Positions 18,846 to 32,675 are shown, counted from the first letter of the stretch. The stretch: DNA of 36,244 bases from Acetatifactor sp. (GCA_016303085.1 JAEDMI010000001.1:1-36244), one strand, 5' to 3'. Notes: generated by a model not told the origin, from the letters alone. Numbers and translations: made by a program.

Positions 18846-18867
18846 TCTCCATCCTCCTAAAACTATC

Positions 18868-20322
<1,455 letters not shown>

Positions 20323-21186
20323 TTAGCCTAATGCTTCCGCACCGGCAATAATCTCTGTCAATTCCTGTGTAATGGAACCCTGGCGGGCTCTGTTATATTT
20401 CAGCGCCAAATCGCTTATCATTTCTTCCGCATTGCTGGTGGCGTTATCCATAGCCTGCATGCGGGCACCGTTCTCACTGGCTGCTGCTTCCATCAGTGCA
20501 CCGTAAATCAGGCTGGTCACATACTTCGGAATAATCATATCCAACGCGTCCGTGTCCTCAGGTTCAAAATTCATGACAGCCTTGGCCCCTTCGGACTTCT
20601 CTTCCTCTTCCCCGGAAACCTCCACGGGCAACAGTTTCAAGAGTGTGGGCACATGGCTGACTGTATTCTTGAATGCGGTGTACGCCAGATAAATTTCACC
20701 GATTTCACCGTCCGCGTATGCCTTCAGCAGCTCCGCGGAAAGTGCCATTGCATCAGCATATATGGGACTTTCCACAATTTCGTTGTTGCAATTCTTCACC
20801 TCGTACCCGTAGCGCAGAAAAGCCTCTCTGCCCTTATTTCCGATGGAATAGATGCACAAATCCTCCCTGTTCCATTCCGAATGTCCGGTAATCAGCTTCA
20901 CCACATTGGAATTGTAGCCTCCCGCAAGACCTCTGTTGGAGGTGATAGCGATAACGGCTTTTTTCCCGGAAGCCCCGGGAGTCAGATACTTGTGCTCAAT
21001 ATGTCCCACGCGTCTCAGAATACTGTTCACGGTATCGTACATACAGGTGAAATATTCCTTGGAACGCTCCGCATTTGCTCTGGCACGCTGCAGCTTAACG
21101 GTAGATACCAGCTTCATAGCCTTCGTAATCTGCTGAGTACCCTGAATACTGCTCTTTCGGCGCTTTATATCACGCATTGATGCCAT
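20323..21186 (-). CDS. atpG: ATP synthase F1 gamma
   Basis: Motifs ITKAMKLVS, RGLAGGYN and YNRARQGSITQELTEI. Confidence 0.97.
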   Translation of the reverse strand: MASMRDIKRRKSSIQGTQQITKAMKLVSTVKLQRARANAERSKEYFTCMYDTVNSILRRVGHIEHKYLTPGASGKKAVIAITSNRGLAGGYNSNVVKLITGHSEWNREDLCIYSIGNKGREAFLRYGYEVKNCNNEIVESPIYADAMALSAELLKAYADGEIGEIYLAYTAFKNTVSHVPTLLKLLPVEVSGEEEEKSEGAKAVMNFEPEDTDALDMIIPKYVTSLIYGALMEAAASENGARMQAMDNATSNAEEMISDLALKYNRARQGSITQELTEIIAGAEALG

Positions 21187-21202
21187 ATTCTTATCTCCTT
21201 AC

Positions 21203-23281
<2,079 letters not shown>

Positions 23282-23294
<13 letters not shown>

Positions 23295-23824
23295 GTTTTA
23301 TCACCCATTTCCTTTAAGGTTTCATCAATCAACTGATTCTGCACGGTAGTGTCGATGGACGCTGCCACTACCTTGCCGGCCATAAGAGATGCAACGGAAA
23401 TAATCTCCTGCTTCACTTCATCGGACATCTTCTGTTTCTCAAGCTCAGCCTCAATTCTGGCTCTCTCAAGAATGCGCGCCGCCTCTTCCCTAGCCTGAGC
23501 AATAATCTGATTCTCATTGTTCAGCGCTTTTTTGCGGGCTTCGGTCAGAATGCTTTCCGCTTCCCTGTCGATTTCCTTCAGTTTTGTCTCATATTCTTCC
23601 TTTAAGCGCCCCGCCTCTTCCATATCCTGCTTTGCCGTCTCCAAATCGTTTCGGATTTTATCCTTACGGCTGTTCAGCATATTTCTTGCAGGATTGAACA
23701 GCAAATAGCTCATCAAAAGGAACAGAACAAATACTGCAATAATCATCAGACAGGAGTCAGCAATCAGCTGCCAGTCCAGGTCGAAAAGTCTCGACATTCC
23801 CTGAACCTCTGTTAAAAGTATCAT
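23282..23824 (-). CDS. atpF: ATP synthase Fo subunit b
   Basis: N-terminal TM helix followed by a charged coiled coil, GAAAGGAGG RBS, operon position. Confidence 0.95.
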
Positions 23825-23873
23825 TCTATGCCTCCTTTCTGCCTTCTTTCAAGCATATCTTGTGCTCTTAAAA

Positions 23874-24140
<267 letters not shown>

Positions 24141-24168
24141 CTAAAAATATAATTATTTTTGTAAAATC

Positions 24169-24909
24169 CTAGTGACGCACTCCATCCCCTATTTCGTTTG
24201 AAATATAGGTCATGGTCAGCATACAGAATACATACGTTTGAATTGCTCCGGAGAACAAATCAAAGTACACATGCAGCACCGCAGGCCAGGCTGTGGCAGC
24301 CCATCCCAGCAATCCGTAAAGCAATGCCATCATCGCCGTTCCCGACAGCACGTTGGCGAACAAACGCAGTGACAAAGAGATGGGAACCGCAATAATGCTG
24401 ACCAAATTGATAGGTGCCCAGATTGGCAGCCACTTCGGCAGCGGTGAGCAGATATCTTCCCAGATTGTCATAGGCTTCTGATACTTCCATTTATTGACAT
24501 GAATCAGTGTAAAGGTAATCAGCGCCAGCGGTAAAGTGACACCGTAGTCCGCAGTGGGGGGACGCAGTCCCAGCAGTCCCGAAATATTGCTGAACAGTAT
24601 AAAAATAAACACCGTGCCGATATAATTATAGAACTTCGGCGCCGACTGTTCCATGGAGACATTTACCATGCCGTCCAGTTTTTCCACAATCAGTTCCACC
24701 ACATTCTGAAATCCGCCGGGCACCTCAGTTGCCTTTGCCATACAGCGGTTTGCCGCGACGGCAAAGCCGATGAGAATCAGCATTACAATCAAGATGCATA
24801 CATGCGAGGTTGTTATCCAGACCTGATGGCCGAAAAAGGAATACCGGAATATTCCGTGAATCATAAAATCCACATCGGCTCCCCCGGATAACAAAATTCC
24901 ATGTTCCAT
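24169..24909 (-). CDS. atpB: ATP synthase Fo subunit a
   Basis: Motifs PPTAD, SLSLRLFAN (essential Arg) and IQTYVFCMLT. Confidence 0.96.
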   Translation of the reverse strand: MEHGILLSGGADVDFMIHGIFRYSFFGHQVWITTSHVCILIVMLILIGFAVAANRCMAKATEVPGGFQNVVELIVEKLDGMVNVSMEQSAPKFYNYIGTVFIFILFSNISGLLGLRPPTADYGVTLPLALITFTLIHVNKWKYQKPMTIWEDICSPLPKWLPIWAPINLVSIIAVPISLSLRLFANVLSGTAMMALLYGLLGWAATAWPAVLHVYFDLFSGAIQTYVFCMLTMTYISNEIGDGVRH

Positions 24910-24943
24910 ATTTTCACCTCCTCTTTTTTCTGATTTTTGGAGC

Positions 24944-25426
24944 TTAATCGGGAAGGCTTACTTCCTCCCGCGAGATGTCCTCTCTCTCCCCCTCCTCATC
25001 TTCAGGAAGCGGCTGGGGAACAGGGTCCGTCTCATGGAACAACCTATTGTAAAATTTATGTGTAAGCGGCTGAAGATACGCCGTTACCTTCATGCTCATA
25101 TAGCCCAGGAACACAATCAGGGGATTTAAGACCCCGGTAAGAGAGATTGCTATAAATATAGCTGCAACAGCTATATACCGCAATACATATCCTCCGGTAA
25201 GCACCTTTGCCGTGCGAGACGGGTCAATCAACGCTCTGTCAAGGGTTCTCGCCATATGAATACTGCCCACCACGGCAAACAAAATGCCAAACCAGAGGCT
25301 CTCCGCGTATCTGACCTGATTTCTTGTGATAAAAGCGCCCACAATCTGGCATATCAAGCCGAAAAGCAGCATACCTGTGTGCATTTCCAAAAGTGTTCTA
25401 TCTGTCTTTTTTAGAAATTGTATCAT
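24944..25426 (-). CDS. atpI: ATP synthase protein I
   Basis: About four hydrophobic segments, lying directly before atpB. Confidence 0.8.
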   Translation of the reverse strand: MIQFLKKTDRTLLEMHTGMLLFGLICQIVGAFITRNQVRYAESLWFGILFAVVGSIHMARTLDRALIDPSRTAKVLTGGYVLRYIAVAAIFIAISLTGVLNPLIVFLGYMSMKVTAYLQPLTHKFYNRLFHETDPVPQPLPEDEEGEREDISREEVSLPD

Positions 25427-25661
25427 TTTTTTCGTCTTCGTCTTTGAAAATCTGCTTCACTATGCGGTACACTCCCTGACAGCCCCCCGCGGCACCCAGA
25501 AAGAACATAATGACCGTGATAAAGGAGGTTCCCAGCTTGCGGTCAAGCCAGACTCCCAGGGCGGTAGTCATCCCAATAGCTACAATCATGACCAGTCCTA
25601 TCTGTGTAATCAGACTAAATGTCTGGAATGTTTTTTTTCTGTCATCGCCGCGTTGTTTCAT
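25398..25661 (-). CDS. AtpZ/AtpI family protein
   Basis: ITQIGLVMIV...LGVWLDRKLGT...LGAAGG two-helix pattern. Start moved to ATG 25661 because the TTG start overlaps the promoter. Confidence 0.85.
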   Translation of the reverse strand: MKQRGDDRKKTFQTFSLITQIGLVMIVAIGMTTALGVWLDRKLGTSFITVIMFFLGAAGGCQGVYRIVKQIFKDEDEKNDTISKKDR

Positions 25662-25668
25662 GTAGATG

Positions 25669-25697
25669 ATTATATCCAATTTTTAGCCAAATGTCTA
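25669..25697 (-). promoter_or_regulatory. Sigma-A promoter of the atp operon
   Basis: TAGACA-17 bp-TATAAT, with an A-tract (possible UP element) upstream. Confidence 0.8.
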
Positions 25698-25725
25698 GGT
25701 CTTCACTTTTTTTTTAGAAATCACA

Positions 25726-25754
25726 TTGACTTGCCGCCGAGGCAGTTGTAGTAT
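25726..25754 (+). promoter_or_regulatory. Sigma-A promoter for GNAT gene
   Basis: TTGACT-17 bp-TAGTAT, back to back with the atp promoter. Confidence 0.6.
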
Positions 25755-25817
25755 TTAAAAAAAGCACACATTCCCACTGTTTGCCAGGCTGCCTCCGGCA
25801 GCAGAAAAAGAGGAAAT

Positions 25818-26357
25818 ATGAAGATTCGCATTGCAGTTCCGGAAGATGCTGCCGGACTTGTCGGCATCTATGCCCCTTATGTGGAAAACACCCCCATTAC
25901 TTTTGAATACACCGTACCCTCCGTGGAAGAATTTGAGAACCGTATCCGGCACACATTAGAGAAATACCCCTATCTGGTTGCAGAGGAGGGCGACACTCTT
26001 CTGGGTTATGCCTATGTTTCCCCCTTTAAGACAAGAGCTGCCTACGCCTGGTCGGTAGAGACCTCCGTCTATATCAGGCAGGACTGTAAAAGAAGGGGCA
26101 TCGGTCACGCACTCTACAATGCTCTGGAAGAGATTCTGAACAGGCAGCATGTTTGCAATCTCTGCGCCTGCATCACATATCCCAACCCTGTCAGCATTGC
26201 TTTTCACGAAGCCTTCGGCTACAAAACCGTTGCACACTTCCACGCTTCAGGTTTTAAGCAGAACGCCTGGCATGACATGATATGGATGGAAAAGGAACTC
26301 TGTCCCCACGAAAACCCACCGCAGCCCTTCATCCCTTTTCCCGAATTACCCCGCTGA
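25818..26357 (+). CDS. GNAT N-acetyltransferase (phosphinothricin acetyltransferase/YncA-like)
   Basis: Motifs IYAPYVENTPITFE, R.AY.WSVETSVY, RRGIG..LY, N..S..FHE..GY and GFKQNAWHD. Confidence 0.9.
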   Translation: MKIRIAVPEDAAGLVGIYAPYVENTPITFEYTVPSVEEFENRIRHTLEKYPYLVAEEGDTLLGYAYVSPFKTRAAYAWSVETSVYIRQDCKRRGIGHALYNALEEILNRQHVCNLCACITYPNPVSIAFHEAFGYKTVAHFHASGFKQNAWHDMIWMEKELCPHENPPQPFIPFPELPR

Positions 26358-26454
26358 CTCAGAAGTTGCCCGGTGAAGCTGTAACAATTCAGCCTTACGT
26401 TGCTGTCAAAACCAATGATTCACATAAAGCACACCCGAAAGGAGCAATCACCTC

Positions 26455-26934
26455 ATGACAATTTCCCGGCTTTATCGACGCAGACTGATTCCCTCCGAAT
26501 GTATCCTTTTAAAGGATGACATCATTTTGGAGCAGAATGACGAATTCATTATAACCAAATGGAATACCATTCATCCGAAACCGGATTTTTCCCACGGCTG
26601 TTCCTGCTATTTTCTGCGGGAGGGCATTAAGGTCAGCAAAATATACCGGGAGGACGGAACCCTGGTTTACTGGTACTGCGACATTGTGGATTTCACCTTT
26701 GACGAAGCCACAGAAACCTTAACCGTCACTGATTTGCTTGCAGATGTGATTCTTTACCCGGAAGGACGTATGGAGGTTGTGGATTTGGACGAACTGGCAG
26801 AGGCCATGGAACGTGAGCTTATTACAAAAGAGCAGATGACCACCTGCCTGCGCAATCTGAATCATCTGCTCTCTATGATATACCGTGATAAGTTTGACCG
26901 GCTTCAAGCCAGACTCGATAAATTAGGGCTTTAG
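26455..26934 (+). CDS. DUF402 domain protein
   Basis: YWYCDIV...TDLLADV....G...VVDLDEL pattern and AAGGAG RBS. Confidence 0.85.
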   Translation: MTISRLYRRRLIPSECILLKDDIILEQNDEFIITKWNTIHPKPDFSHGCSCYFLREGIKVSKIYREDGTLVYWYCDIVDFTFDEATETLTVTDLLADVILYPEGRMEVVDLDELAEAMERELITKEQMTTCLRNLNHLLSMIYRDKFDRLQARLDKLGL

Positions 26935-28118
26935 TAAAACACATGTCCCCCGATATTTATTCCCGTCAGTCCTTCTATCGGGGTTCTGAAGAACAGACAA
27001 TTTCCCACGTTTGTCATGCCGGACATGGCTTCGTCCGCTGCCTGATAACATCTGGCAGTGGCCTTGTTTGCTGCCAGAGCCAGGTCAAGCCGCCCGCTTG
27101 CCACCGGTGAAAACTGTTTTTTCTGATAGATAACCCCAACCACTGTATCCGGGAATTTCGAACTCAGAACTCTGTTGATTACCACGCTTCCCACCGCAAG
27201 CTGCCCCTCGTAAGGTTCGCCTCCTGCCTCGCAGTAAATCAGGTTTGCCAGAAGATATCTGTCCCCATCCGTAAAGGTCACCTCCGAAATATCCCTCCAT
27301 TTAGCGTTTGCTGCTGCCTGTGAAAGCGCGATTTCCTCCGCCAGCTTCTTTTTCAGATATTCCAGATTTTCTTCTTCTTTCTTAATCTTAGCCTCATACT
27401 CCAGTGCCCGCTGTTCCGCTTCCTCAATCTGGTCGGCATATTGGGCAATGGAATTGGAAGTCTGGCTGATTAAGCCGGAAACCTTACTCTTTTCAGCCTC
27501 CGCCAGCACCTTAAGATTATCCAGCTCTACCTTTTCCTCCTGGAGTCTGGCTTCCTTCTCCTCGATATAAATGCGGTTTGCTTTGAACTCGTCCATCATC
27601 TTCCGCTCATACGCCGCAATTCTCTCTATGTAATCTGCCGTATTCAGTATGTCTGCCAGGCTTCCCTGACTGAGCAGCGCCACAAGGTAGTTTTCCTCCT
27701 TGCGCTCATACATATCTCTGACTCTCGCCACCATGCATTCGTACTGCCACTCCTCAGTAGCCTTCGCCTCCTCCAGAGCTGCCTGGGTTTCGGTAATTTC
27801 CAGTTCCTTATCCCTTATCTGCCGCTCCAAATTCTCCAGGTTTTCTACCACCCGGTTCAGTTCCTCGTTCAGGCTGTCCAGCTCCCGCTTCAAATCATTC
27901 TGCTCGTTCTTCAGCCCGTTCAATTCGTTTTCGTTACGGTTCTTTTCGTTCTCCAGCTCCTGTCTTCTTTCCTCTGCCTCGTTAATTTTCTGCTGAGTGC
28001 TGGTGGTTGCAGACACCACAAGCACACCGGGAACCGCCTCCCCGTTCCCGGTTCTGCCGAAAAATATGGCAAAAAGTACTATGAGCACTATAACTGATGT
28101 CTTCTTCCAAGCTTTCAA
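26931..28118 (-). CDS. Secreted coiled-coil protein with SleB-type (Hydrolase_2) cell wall hydrolase domain
   Basis: Signal/anchor, a long coiled coil, then LLANLIYCEAGGEPYEGQLAVGSVVINRV, FP.TV.GVIYQ..QFSP and IGGHVF. TTG start. Confidence 0.9.
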   Translation of the reverse strand: MKAWKKTSVIVLIVLFAIFFGRTGNGEAVPGVLVVSATTSTQQKINEAEERRQELENEKNRNENELNGLKNEQNDLKRELDSLNEELNRVVENLENLERQIRDKELEITETQAALEEAKATEEWQYECMVARVRDMYERKEENYLVALLSQGSLADILNTADYIERIAAYERKMMDEFKANRIYIEEKEARLQEEKVELDNLKVLAEAEKSKVSGLISQTSNSIAQYADQIEEAEQRALEYEAKIKKEEENLEYLKKKLAEEIALSQAAANAKWRDISEVTFTDGDRYLLANLIYCEAGGEPYEGQLAVGSVVINRVLSSKFPDTVVGVIYQKKQFSPVASGRLDLALAANKATARCYQAADEAMSGMTNVGNCLFFRTPIEGLTGINIGGHVFY

Positions 28119-28137
28119 ATACCGTAACCTTACCTTC

Positions 28138-28617
28138 CTAAACCGTAATATGAATCTGCCGTCCGGAACGGGAGTAGGGAATGTATGTTACCCCCGCAGC
28201 GTCAAACATTTTTTTCGATGCGCGGTTTCCCGGAGTACCCAGATACTTGTCGCTGTCATACACCACGGTCTTAATTCCCGCCTGAATGATGGCTTTTGCA
28301 CATTCGTTGCAGGGAAAAAGGGAAACATACAACTTTGTCCCCTCCAGAGAACCTCCTCGGTAATTGAGAATTGCGTTCAGCTCTCCGTGAGTTACAAAAG
28401 GGTACTTGGTTTCCAGTTCTTCCCCTTCTCTCTCCCAAGGGAACTCCTCATCCGAACACCCATTGGGAAATCCGTTGTATCCCATGGACAAAATCTTGTT
28501 ATCATCGCTGACAATACAAGCTCCCACCTGTGTATTGGGGTCCTTGGAGCGCATGCCGGACAAATGAGCCACTCCCATGAAATACTCATCCCAGCTGATA
28601 TAATCTTCTCTCTTCAT
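28138..28617 (-). CDS. dCMP deaminase (ComEB family)
   Basis: Motifs SWDEYFM, RSKDPNTQVGACI, GYNG, HGELNAI and PCNEC. Start moved to ATG 28617. Confidence 0.93.
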   Translation of the reverse strand: MKREDYISWDEYFMGVAHLSGMRSKDPNTQVGACIVSDDNKILSMGYNGFPNGCSDEEFPWEREGEELETKYPFVTHGELNAILNYRGGSLEGTKLYVSLFPCNECAKAIIQAGIKTVVYDSDKYLGTPGNRASKKMFDAAGVTYIPYSRSGRQIHITV

Positions 28618-28651
28618 CGTGTACCCCCGTGATAATTCTTCCCCGCTGCCG

Positions 28652-29281
28652 TTATTTGGTGCCGAAGATACGATCTCCCGCATCACCCAGTCCGGGAACA
28701 ATATAACCGTGGTCGTTCAGCTTCTCATCCAATGCGCCGACATACATATCCACATCGGGATGTGCCTGCTTCATGGCTTCGATTCCCTCGGGTGCCGCAA
28801 TGATACACATGAAATGAATATTTTTGCATCCCTTATCTTTCAACATCTGAATTGCCGCGATAGAGGAGCCGCCCGTAGCAAGCATGGGATCCACTACAAA
28901 CACCTCACGCTCCGCACAGTCTGCCGGAAGTTTACAATAGTACTCCACCGGCTTTAAAGTCTCGGGATCTCTGTAGAGTCCGATGTGACCTACCTTTGCA
29001 GCGGGAATCAGTGCCAGCACGCCGTCAACCATGCCCAAACCTGCGCGCAGGATAGGGACAATTGCCATTTTCTTTCCCTTCAATTCCTTCACGGTAGCTT
29101 TGCAGATAGGCGTGGTAATCTCCACGTCATCCAGTTTCAAATCCCTGGTTGCCTCATAGCAAATCAGCATGGCAATCTCACTGATTGTCTGCCTGAAATC
29201 CTTGGTACCTGTCTCCTGTCTGCGAATAAATCCAATCTTGTGCTGAATCAAAGGATGATCCATAATTACTACTTTTGCCAC
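28652..29281 (-). CDS. upp: Uracil phosphoribosyltransferase
   Basis: Motifs [26 protein letters not shown] and [17 protein letters not shown]. Confidence 0.98.
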   Translation of the reverse strand: MAKVVIMDHPLIQHKIGFIRRQETGTKDFRQTISEIAMLICYEATRDLKLDDVEITTPICKATVKELKGKKMAIVPILRAGLGMVDGVLALIPAAKVGHIGLYRDPETLKPVEYYCKLPADCAEREVFVVDPMLATGGSSIAAIQMLKDKGCKNIHFMCIIAAPEGIEAMKQAHPDVDMYVGALDEKLNDHGYIVPGLGDAGDRIFGTK

Positions 29282-29318
29282 TTTCTTTTCCTCCTGAATG
29301 GTATATATTTGTTATTTC

Positions 29319-29750
29319 CTACAGCTTCTCAATCAAATCAATCCTGCGTTGATGGCGTTCCTCACCGGAAAATGCAGTATTCAAAAAGGTATCTACAATA
29401 TCCAGCGCCAGATTTTCGCCCACAATTCCTGCGCCAAGAGCCAACACATTTGCATCATTGTGAAGGCGGGTCATCTTTGCGGACAGAGTATCCGAGCAAA
29501 GTGCACAGCGGATTCCCGGCACCTTGTTTGCAGAGATACTGATACCGATTCCCGTAGTACAAATCACAATTCCCTTCTCACAGGAGCCGTCTGCGACAGC
29601 CTTTGCCACAGCATGTCCGTAAACCGGATAATCCACCGATTCCCTGCTGTTGCATCCCATATCGCGATAAGGAATCTTCCTTTCCTCCAGATAATGAATT
29701 ACCTTCTCCTTCAACTCATAGCCGCCATGGTCACATCCGATAGCTATCAT
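29319..29750 (-). CDS. rpiB: Ribose 5-phosphate isomerase B
   Basis: Motifs IGCDHGG, VDYP, ICTTGIG, ANKVPGIR, HNDANVL and RHQRRI. Confidence 0.95.
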   Translation of the reverse strand: MIAIGCDHGGYELKEKVIHYLEERKIPYRDMGCNSRESVDYPVYGHAVAKAVADGSCEKGIVICTTGIGISISANKVPGIRCALCSDTLSAKMTRLHNDANVLALGAGIVGENLALDIVDTFLNTAFSGEERHQRRIDLIEKL

Positions 29751-29790
29751 TTTTCTTCCTCCTCAATTTATAAAATGATGATTTCTGTTT

Positions 29791-30855
29791 TCAAACGCGG
29801 ATTACCTTGTGCCCCGCCGCTTTTAACAATCTGTTCATAATAGCTTGTCCCAGACCTGCGGCTTCAAAACTTTCCGAATATATTTTGGTGACACCCTCTT
29901 CGTCAAACTCACGCAGCACTGTAAACAGATGTCTTGCTATTGCTTCTTCATCCTCCCGGCTTCCCACACATTTTACCACATCTGCCCGATATTCCGCCAG
30001 AAGTTCACTGGTTCCGATAACTCCTGTCTTCTCGCCGTTTCGGCTGTCTGCAGCCGTAGCCTCATTGATATATACCGTCACCGCGTCCGGCTTTCCTTCC
30101 ACAACAGTCAGCTCCCCTTTTGGCGCGTAGTGGCGGTACTTCATTCCCGGAGCCTTAGGGGCTTGTCCGGTGTCCGCCTTCAGGACAGTAACATCCGTGT
30201 CAACTCTTCCCAACACCTTTTCCAGCATTTCCCGGGTTACATAGCCGGGGCGCAGAATCTGCGGCGGAGACACTGTCAAATCCACGATGGTGGATTCCAG
30301 ACCGATACCAACCTCTCCTCCATCCACAATCATCTCAATCCGCCCATCCATATCCTCTACCACATACCTGGCAACAGTGGGGCTGGGTCTCCCGGAAAGA
30401 TTGGCGCTTGGCGCCGCCACATATCCCCCGCTGTACTCAATCAGCTTCTGTGCCGTTCTGTCGGACGGTAACCGTACTGCAACAGTATCCAGGCCTCCTG
30501 TGGTCTCCGTAGGAACTTTCTCCGACTTGTTCAATATCATGGTAAGCGGTCCCGGCCAGAATGCATCCGCAATTTTCACCGCAGTTTCCGGCACTTCCGA
30601 TACAATCTCATAAATATCTTCAAATCTGCATATATGAACAATCAGCGGATTATCCGAAGGTCTTCCCTTGGCTGCATATATTTTCCGGGAAGATTCCCTG
30701 TTCAGCGCATCACCGCCCAGACCGTACACCGTTTCCGTAGGAAAGGCAACAAGACCTCCGTCACGGATTATCTTCCCCGCTCTGCGTAACGCCTCGTCCT
30801 CTTCGGGAGTAAATTCTCCGGCATTCCGCCTGATTTTGACCATTAATGTCTTCAT
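29791..30855 (-). CDS. sua5: L-threonylcarbamoyladenylate synthase (Sua5/YwlC type)
   Basis: Motifs AFPTETVYGLG, KGRPSDNPLIVH, APSANLSG and PGMKYRHYAP, plus a SUA5 C-terminal domain. Confidence 0.96.
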   Translation of the reverse strand: MKTLMVKIRRNAGEFTPEEDEALRRAGKIIRDGGLVAFPTETVYGLGGDALNRESSRKIYAAKGRPSDNPLIVHICRFEDIYEIVSEVPETAVKIADAFWPGPLTMILNKSEKVPTETTGGLDTVAVRLPSDRTAQKLIEYSGGYVAAPSANLSGRPSPTVARYVVEDMDGRIEMIVDGGEVGIGLESTIVDLTVSPPQILRPGYVTREMLEKVLGRVDTDVTVLKADTGQAPKAPGMKYRHYAPKGELTVVEGKPDAVTVYINEATAADSRNGEKTGVIGTSELLAEYRADVVKCVGSREDEEAIARHLFTVLREFDEEGVTKIYSESFEAAGLGQAIMNRLLKAAGHKVIRV

Positions 30856-30878
30856 AATGTCTACCTCGAACTTCGTCT

Positions 30879-30907
30879 ATTGTACCATGAAATTTCTAAA
30901 AGATAAA
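30879..30907 (-). promoter_or_regulatory. Sigma-A promoter for sua5 block
   Basis: TTTATC-17 bp-TACAAT with an extended -10 (TGG TACAAT). Confidence 0.6.
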
Positions 30908-30911
30908 GTAC

Positions 30912-31622
30912 TCATTCACTCAGGGCATTTAAATACTGCATAATTCCCATATGTATTGCCCATGCCACATAATCCTGATATTCACTGTCACAGAGTTTTT
31001 CCGCCTCGATACTGTTGGATAGGAAGCCGCATTCCACGATAACAATGGGAATACCTGTCTTTTTCAGAAGATAATAGCTGTCATTTGCCTTTACTTGGCG
31101 CTTGTTTTCCGGGTCCACCTTCTCTACAAGCTGTTTTTGAATAGATCGGGCCAACGCTTCCCCGTCCCTGCTTCCGGTGTAAAAAAACACCTGAGCTCCA
31201 TGTACATATTCCTCCGGGTAACTGTTCTGATGAATGCTGACTGTCACGTCAGGCGCTGTCTCATCAATCAGCTCAATGCGTCTTTTCATGTCCTGCACTT
31301 TCTTATTGGAAGCACCCGCACTGTTCAATCCCTCATCGCCCTCTCTGGTCATCACCACCCTGACATCATTGGCTTCCAGATACTTTTTCACCAGATTGGC
31401 AATCTGCAGGTTAATGTCCTTTTCCTTAGCGCCGTTAATACCCACCTTGCCGGGGTCGTCTCCGCCGTGTCCCGCGTCAATAACCACGCATTTCGCATCC
31501 TTTTGCACCTCCGCTGTATTTCCCACCGTATATACAACCACTTCCTTTCCGATATATACGAGAGAAAGCAGAAAAATCATTCCCGTCACCGCTGAAACAA
31601 GCCTTTGATTCCATTTATCCAT
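30912..31622 (-). CDS. N-acetylmuramoyl-L-alanine amidase (Amidase_3, CwlD-like)
   Basis: N-terminal TM, VIDAGHGG.DPG, EKDINL, SIHQNS and VECGFLSN. Confidence 0.92.
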   Translation of the reverse strand: MDKWNQRLVSAVTGMIFLLSLVYIGKEVVVYTVGNTAEVQKDAKCVVIDAGHGGDDPGKVGINGAKEKDINLQIANLVKKYLEANDVRVVMTREGDEGLNSAGASNKKVQDMKRRIELIDETAPDVTVSIHQNSYPEEYVHGAQVFFYTGSRDGEALARSIQKQLVEKVDPENKRQVKANDSYYLLKKTGIPIVIVECGFLSNSIEAEKLCDSEYQDYVAWAIHMGIMQYLNALSE

Positions 31623-31692
31623 ACTGCATTTACCATTGTGGTTTTTGTAAATATATATTCTCCTTAATTTTTCTTTAAAACTGTTAAAAGTA

Positions 31693-31721
31693 TTGCATTG
31701 CCTGTCTTTTTAGGCTAATAT
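31693..31721 (+). promoter_or_regulatory. Sigma-A promoter for sortase operon
   Basis: TTGCAT-17 bp-TAATAT. Confidence 0.55.
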
Positions 31722-31750
31722 GAAGATATTGATAAAAAATGAGGGATTAT

Positions 31751-32647
31751 ATGAAAAACTCCAAGAAAATTTTATCCTCCATACTGATGGTTATAGCCGT
31801 CTGTTGCCTGGCAGCTGCTCTCATTTTGGCAGTTTGCCGATTTGCAGCCGATTTACATTCACAGGAAACCCTTGACGAACTTCGTTCATCCGCTGAAGCC
31901 CTGAAGGAGGAAACCGACAGTCCCACGCAAACCGGAGAGTCTTCTTCCGAGTCCGCTCCTTCAGCCACACCGGAGCCGGCGGAAACTCCCGACACCACAT
32001 CGGAACCGACGGAAACTCCCGAGCCCACTCCCACTCCTGTGGTCAATCCGTATCGTGACAGCTTTCTGGCTAATAGCGACATGGCCGCCTGGCTTCAGAT
32101 CCCGAATACCGGTATTGACTATCCGGTCATGTGGACTCCTGATGATGAGGAATACTATCTGCGCAGGGGGTTTGACGGTTCCGATGACAAAAACGGTTGT
32201 CTGATTCTGGATACCGACAGCAATCTGAATCCGCTGACGACTAATCTGATTATACACGGGCATAATATGAAATCGGGAGCCATGTTCGGCACCCTTACCG
32301 ATTATGAAGATGAAGCCTATTATCAGGAACATAAAAATATCATTCTGTACACCAGAGAATGCCGGCGCAATTATGAAGTAATTGCTGTCTTCCGCTCCCA
32401 GGTTTATAAAAAAACCGATGATGTGTTCAAGTTTTATAAATTTTTTCAGGCAGAAACCCGGGAAGAATTCGAAGATTTTTACAACAATATAAAAGAGTTG
32501 TCTTTCTATGACACCGGCTTGACCGCAGAATTCGGAGACCGTTTTATCACGCTCTCAACATGCTCCTATCATGTGGAACAGGGCAGATTTGTAGTTGTTG
32601 CAAAGGAAGTGGAAAGCGGCGACAGCTACCTTCCCATTCAAGAATAG
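31751..32647 (+). CDS. srtB: Class B sortase
   Basis: N-terminal anchor, Pro/Thr/Glu linker, WLQIPNT.IDYPV, IIHGHNM..G.MFG, TLSTC and GRFVVVA. Start ATG 31751 (GAGGGA RBS). Confidence 0.92.
   Translation: MKNSKKILSSILMVIAVCCLAAALILAVCRFAADLHSQETLDELRSSAEALKEETDSPTQTGESSSESAPSATPEPAETPDTTSEPTETPEPTPTPVVNPYRDSFLANSDMAAWLQIPNTGIDYPVMWTPDDEEYYLRRGFDGSDDKNGCLILDTDSNLNPLTTNLIIHGHNMKSGAMFGTLTDYEDEAYYQEHKNIILYTRECRRNYEVIAVFRSQVYKKTDDVFKFYKFFQAETREEFEDFYNNIKELSFYDTGLTAEFGDRFITLSTCSYHVEQGRFVVVAKEVESGDSYLPIQE
31964..32023 (+). repeat. Imperfect 30-bp tandem duplication in sortase linker
   Basis: gccacaccggagccggcggaaactcccgac / accacatcggaaccgacggaaactcccgag, 25 of 30 identical by manual count. Encodes ATPEPAETPD/TTSEPTETPE. 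Confidence 0.75.
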
Positions 32648-32675
32648 ATATATCAAACAATAAGGAGGATTCAAA

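Noticed and set aside
24680..24688. Isolated TTTTCCACA in atpB (another at 34628-34636)
   Set aside because: Single boxes inside coding sequence are expected by chance.
25707..25715. T9 homopolymer between the divergent promoters as a phase-variation tract
   Set aside because: It lies outside both -35/-10 spacers and is better explained as an UP element.
29298..29840. 180-aa plus-strand ORF opposite rpiB
   Set aside because: Antisense shadow of a well-supported gene.
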